Assembly: GCA_964442545.1 (NCBI GenBank) | Contig: CAYUAN010000220.1 | Span: forward strand, 1 to 38,812 | Length of the DNA: 38,812 nt | Direction of reading: 5' to 3' | Source of the DNA: an uncultured Prolixibacteraceae bacterium | GTDB lineage: Bacteria > Bacteroidota > Bacteroidia > Bacteroidales > UBA1556 | Shown: positions 35,958 through 38,812 of the stretch, in pieces | Position numbering within the stretch: the first letter of the stretch is position 1 | Layout: every line of letters begins with the position of its first letter | Translations under genes and position numbers: made by a program | The notes under the pieces: model-generated | What the model was told of the DNA's origin: nothing | What the model saw: only the letters and a program-made list of their open reading frames with translations | Databases searched by the model: none

Positions 35958-36326
35958 ATGGAATTATATAAAATACGTAATACAGAACATTCGGAAGGCA
36001 CGGCTTTAGTGCGTTTGGAGCTGAATCCCGCACATGCGGTATATCAGGGGCATTTCCCCGGAATGCCGGTTCTGCCGGGTGCATTGCAGGTGGAGATTAT
36101 TAAAGAATTGTTCGCTAAAATATTGGACGCGCCCCTTCGGCTGGACTCGGCGAAAAGCATTAAATATCTGGGTTTTGTGGTCCCCGGCGAACATCCTGTT
36201 TTGGACGTAGAGCTGAAATATAAAACTACGGAATCGGGCTACGGATTGCGTGCGCAAATACGTTCCGCGAATGACAACGCGCCTAAAATATTTATGAAAT
36301 TTTCCGGACAATTTTCAAAAAAATAA
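35958..36326 (+). CDS. FabZ-like 3-hydroxyacyl-ACP dehydratase (ApeI-like)
   Basis: Canonical YQGHFPGMPVLPGALQVEIIKEL (His and Glu present). 122 aa hotdog fold. Confidence 0.8.
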   Translation: MELYKIRNTEHSEGTALVRLELNPAHAVYQGHFPGMPVLPGALQVEIIKELFAKILDAPLRLDSAKSIKYLGFVVPGEHPVLDVELKYKTTESGYGLRAQIRSANDNAPKIFMKFSGQFSKK

Positions 36327-36344
36327 AACCAAAGCACGCCCGAG

Positions 36345-37592
36345 ATGCCTGATTTCAGTCATAAGGAACTATTCGAAAAACATAATGCTTGTGTGCTGAT
36401 GGCCACCTTCAATAATGCGGGAACCATCGAAGACATCATCCGGCGGGTGCTGAACATAACACCTCATTTAATTGTTGTAAACGACGGCTCGACGGATGAA
36501 ACTCCGGAAATACTGCAGCGTTTGCAAGCGGAATTTGGTTTTCAGGTACACGGCTACGAAAAGAATCGCGGAAAAGGCTATGCCTTGCGCACGGGCTTTT
36601 CCGAAGCCCGCAAGTCGGGCTATGATTATGCCCTGACGCTGGACTCCGACGGGCAACATTTCCCCGAGGATACTCCGCTTTTTTTAGAGAAATTGGAGGA
36701 AGTGGGAGAGCCTTGCCTGATATTGGGTAACCGTAATATGAATACGGCGGAGGGGATTCCCGGGAAAAGCAGTTTCGGGAATAATTTTTCCAACTTCTGG
36801 TTTTGGGTGGAGACCGGCCAAAAACTGCCGGATACTCAAACGGGTTTTCGCCTATACCCCATACTGCTTTACGATAAGATTAAATGGCATACGGTGAAAT
36901 TCGAGTTCGAAATCGAGGTTTTGGTGCGTTCGGCCTGGCGGGGCATTACCATCACCTCGGTTCCGGTGCAGATTGTTTATTTCGAAGGAGATGAGCGGGT
37001 GTCGCACTTCCGTCCGTTTGCCGATTTTTCCCGCATCAGCGTGTTGAATACCGTATTGGTTACTTTGGCGCTGCTGTGGTATTACCCGCGGAAATCGCTG
37101 CGCTATTTTGCCGAAAACAAACCCTTGGATATCATCAAAGAGCAATTGAGCAAGCATAATGAAAGTAAGCTCAAAATTAGTTTTACGATGGGCTTCGGTT
37201 TTTTTATGGGCATCGTTCCCATATGGGGCTTTCAAATGCTGGTTGCCTTTTTCCTGGCGCAATGGATGAAACTCAATAAAACCCTGGTTATCCTGGCGGC
37301 CAATATCAGTTTGCCTCCCTTGATACCCTTTATTGTATGGGGCAGCTTTTGGTTTGGCGGATTGCTGTTGCACGGTGACCCCGAGCGCATCGGACATTCC
37401 ATAAAGGATAATGTGGCGCTGTTTCAAAACGAGGACTTTCTCACCGCGCTTGCCGCTTTGGGCGATGATATATGGCAATATCTGGTGGGGGCCTTCGCTT
37501 TGGCGCTGGTGACTGGTTTTATAGGTTTTGCCGCGACTTATATCATTATCAGCATCAAAGAGCGCGTTTGGAAAAAAGAGCAGATGAATTAG
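36345..37592 (+). CDS. Family 2 glycosyltransferase fused to a C-terminal multi-TM DUF2062-like domain (ApeJ-like)
   Basis: GT-A motifs VVNDGSTDET and LDSDGQH. After about residue 230 come several TM helices (VLVTLALLWYY, GFFMGIVPIWGFQMLVAFFLA, LVILAANISLPPLIPFIVW), as seen in DUF2062. Confidence 0.82.
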   Translation: MPDFSHKELFEKHNACVLMATFNNAGTIEDIIRRVLNITPHLIVVNDGSTDETPEILQRLQAEFGFQVHGYEKNRGKGYALRTGFSEARKSGYDYALTLDSDGQHFPEDTPLFLEKLEEVGEPCLILGNRNMNTAEGIPGKSSFGNNFSNFWFWVETGQKLPDTQTGFRLYPILLYDKIKWHTVKFEFEIEVLVRSAWRGITITSVPVQIVYFEGDERVSHFRPFADFSRISVLNTVLVTLALLWYYPRKSLRYFAENKPLDIIKEQLSKHNESKLKISFTMGFGFFMGIVPIWGFQMLVAFFLAQWMKLNKTLVILAANISLPPLIPFIVWGSFWFGGLLLHGDPERIGHSIKDNVALFQNEDFLTALAALGDDIWQYLVGAFALALVTGFIGFAATYIIISIKERVWKKEQMN

Positions 37593-37616
37593 GTCTTTAC
37601 TTCCATACAAAAACAT

Positions 37617-37624
37617 TACTTTTG
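37617..37624 (+). promoter_or_regulatory. Candidate -7 box (TACTTTTG) for the S41 peptidase gene
   Basis: Exact TAnnTTTG match 35 nt upstream of the ATG at 37659. Confidence 0.4.
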
Positions 37625-37658
37625 GCTTTATAAAACAGAGCTTGACAAATCATTAACT

Positions 37659-38812
37659 ATGCAGCGAAAACATATATCCTCCGGTCTGATTATTCTATTT
37701 TTATTTTTTGCCGTGCCTTCCCGGGCGCAGGAAAGTATCGACTGGGAAATGACCAAAAACCTCGATATTTTTACCAATCTGTATCAGCAGTTGAACCGCC
37801 ATTATGTAGATGATATTCAGCCCGGAAAGCTGACCAATACTGCCATTAAGGCCCTTTTGAAAAGCCTGGACCCCTACACCGTTTATTATCCCGAAGCCGA
37901 TATTGAGGATGTGCGCTTTTTGCAAACCGGAAAATACGGAGGTATCGGCTCGTATGTGCACATTAAAAACGACACCCTTTATGTGGGAATGCCTACGCCG
38001 GGCTATCCTTTTTACAAAGCGGGCTTACGTGCCGGTGATATTATTCTGAAAATTGACGATGTGGAAACCTCAGGCAAAAAGATGAGCGAAATATCGGATA
38101 TGTTGCGCGGCCCTGCCGGCACCGAGCTGAATATAACTTTTTTGAAGGCGGGAAGTAATGCTCCGCAAACCCTGACCCTCACGCGCGAGCAAATCAAGGT
38201 AAAGAATGTGCCATTTTATAAGAAGCTGGACAATGAAACCGGCTATATCAAACTAAGTGGTTTTACGGAAACCGCTGCGCAGGAGGTTTTGGATGCTTTG
38301 AACGATATGAATAAAGACCAAAGCCTGAAATCGGTGGTGCTGGATTTGCGCGGCAATGGTGGCGGATTATTAGGCCAGGCGGTGGGGATAATGGATCTTT
38401 TTGTTCCCGCTAACGAACTAATCGTGAGTACTAAAGGTAAGCTGGAAAGTGAAAATATGGAGTTCAAAACCCAAATGCCTGCCGCCTTCCCGGATATGAA
38501 AGTGGTGGTTTTGGTAAACGGACGTTCGGCCTCGGCCTCGGAGATTGTGGCCGGCTCGTTTCAGGACCTCGACCGCGGAGTGATTATGGGACAGAAATCT
38601 TTTGGTAAAGGGCTGGTACAGAAAGTTTATAAGCTGAGTTATAATTCGCAGGTGAAGATTACGGTTGCCAAATATTATATTCCCAGCGGACGTTGCATAC
38701 AGGCACTGGATTATCAGCACAAGGATGCCGGCGGCCATGCTTCGCGCACGGCGGATTCCTTGCAGGCGGTATTCAAAACCCACAATGGTCGCCCGGTAAA
38801 AGACGCCGGAGG
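37659..38812 (+). CDS. S41-family C-terminal processing (tail-specific) peptidase, 3' end outside the window
   Basis: Hand translation gives MQRKHISSGLIILFLFFAVPSRAQES..., a PDZ-like GLRAGDIILKIDD, LDLRGNGGG, the nucleophile region GRSASASEIVAG and SFGKGLVQ. The frame stays open to the window end. It is absent from the ORF track because it has no stop codon. Confidence 0.88.
   Translation, partial: MQRKHISSGLIILFLFFAVPSRAQESIDWEMTKNLDIFTNLYQQLNRHYVDDIQPGKLTNTAIKALLKSLDPYTVYYPEADIEDVRFLQTGKYGGIGSYVHIKNDTLYVGMPTPGYPFYKAGLRAGDIILKIDDVETSGKKMSEISDMLRGPAGTELNITFLKAGSNAPQTLTLTREQIKVKNVPFYKKLDNETGYIKLSGFTETAAQEVLDALNDMNKDQSLKSVVLDLRGNGGGLLGQAVGIMDLFVPANELIVSTKGKLESENMEFKTQMPAAFPDMKVVVLVNGRSASASEIVAGSFQDLDRGVIMGQKSFGKGLVQKVYKLSYNSQVKITVAKYYIPSGRCIQALDYQHKDAGGHASRTADSLQAVFKTHNGRPVKDAG

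Noticed and set aside
36852-37616. 254-aa minus-strand ORF opposite the GT2-DUF2062 gene
   Set aside because: The plus-strand frame carries GT2 motifs and coherent TM helices, while the antisense product has no features. I treat it as a shadow ORF.

Overview
This is a chromosomal segment from a Bacteroidota-type genome. It encodes T9SS components and cargo with C-terminal sorting domains, has no Shine-Dalgarno-style leaders, and carries recurring TAnnTTTG -7 boxes. Housekeeping genes occupy the first ~21.7 kb: the lysS 3' end, a DAACS symporter, a PAS hybrid histidine kinase, lgt, a PorQ-like T9SS protein, an orphan oxyanion-type binding lipoprotein, an SDR, a C69 dipeptidase, the atpBEFHAG operon (beta and epsilon absent, as usual for this phylum), an SLC12-like transporter, udk, and a large C25 gingipain-like T9SS protease. 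The accessory part is a ~15.7 kb flexirubin/aryl-polyene (APE)-type type II PKS/FAS cluster at 21922-37592. It starts with an MIO aromatic ammonia-lyase. It also holds a ketoreductase, three Cys-His-His ketosynthases (two with non-catalytic partners), two ACPs, two different hotdog dehydratases, a thioesterase, an LpxL-like acyltransferase, a NodB deacetylase, a LolA-like carrier, an unknown secreted protein and a GT2-DUF2062 fusion. A T9SS metallophosphoesterase on the opposite strand splits the cluster. No aryl-acid activating ligase, dialkylresorcinol (DarAB) genes, methyltransferase or MMPL exporter is visible. The cluster class is known, but this composition and its lipid or glycolipid anchoring logic look uncharacterised. 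An S41 peptidase ORF runs off the right edge and is missing from the ORF track. I found no CRISPR array, tRNA, rRNA or mobile element.
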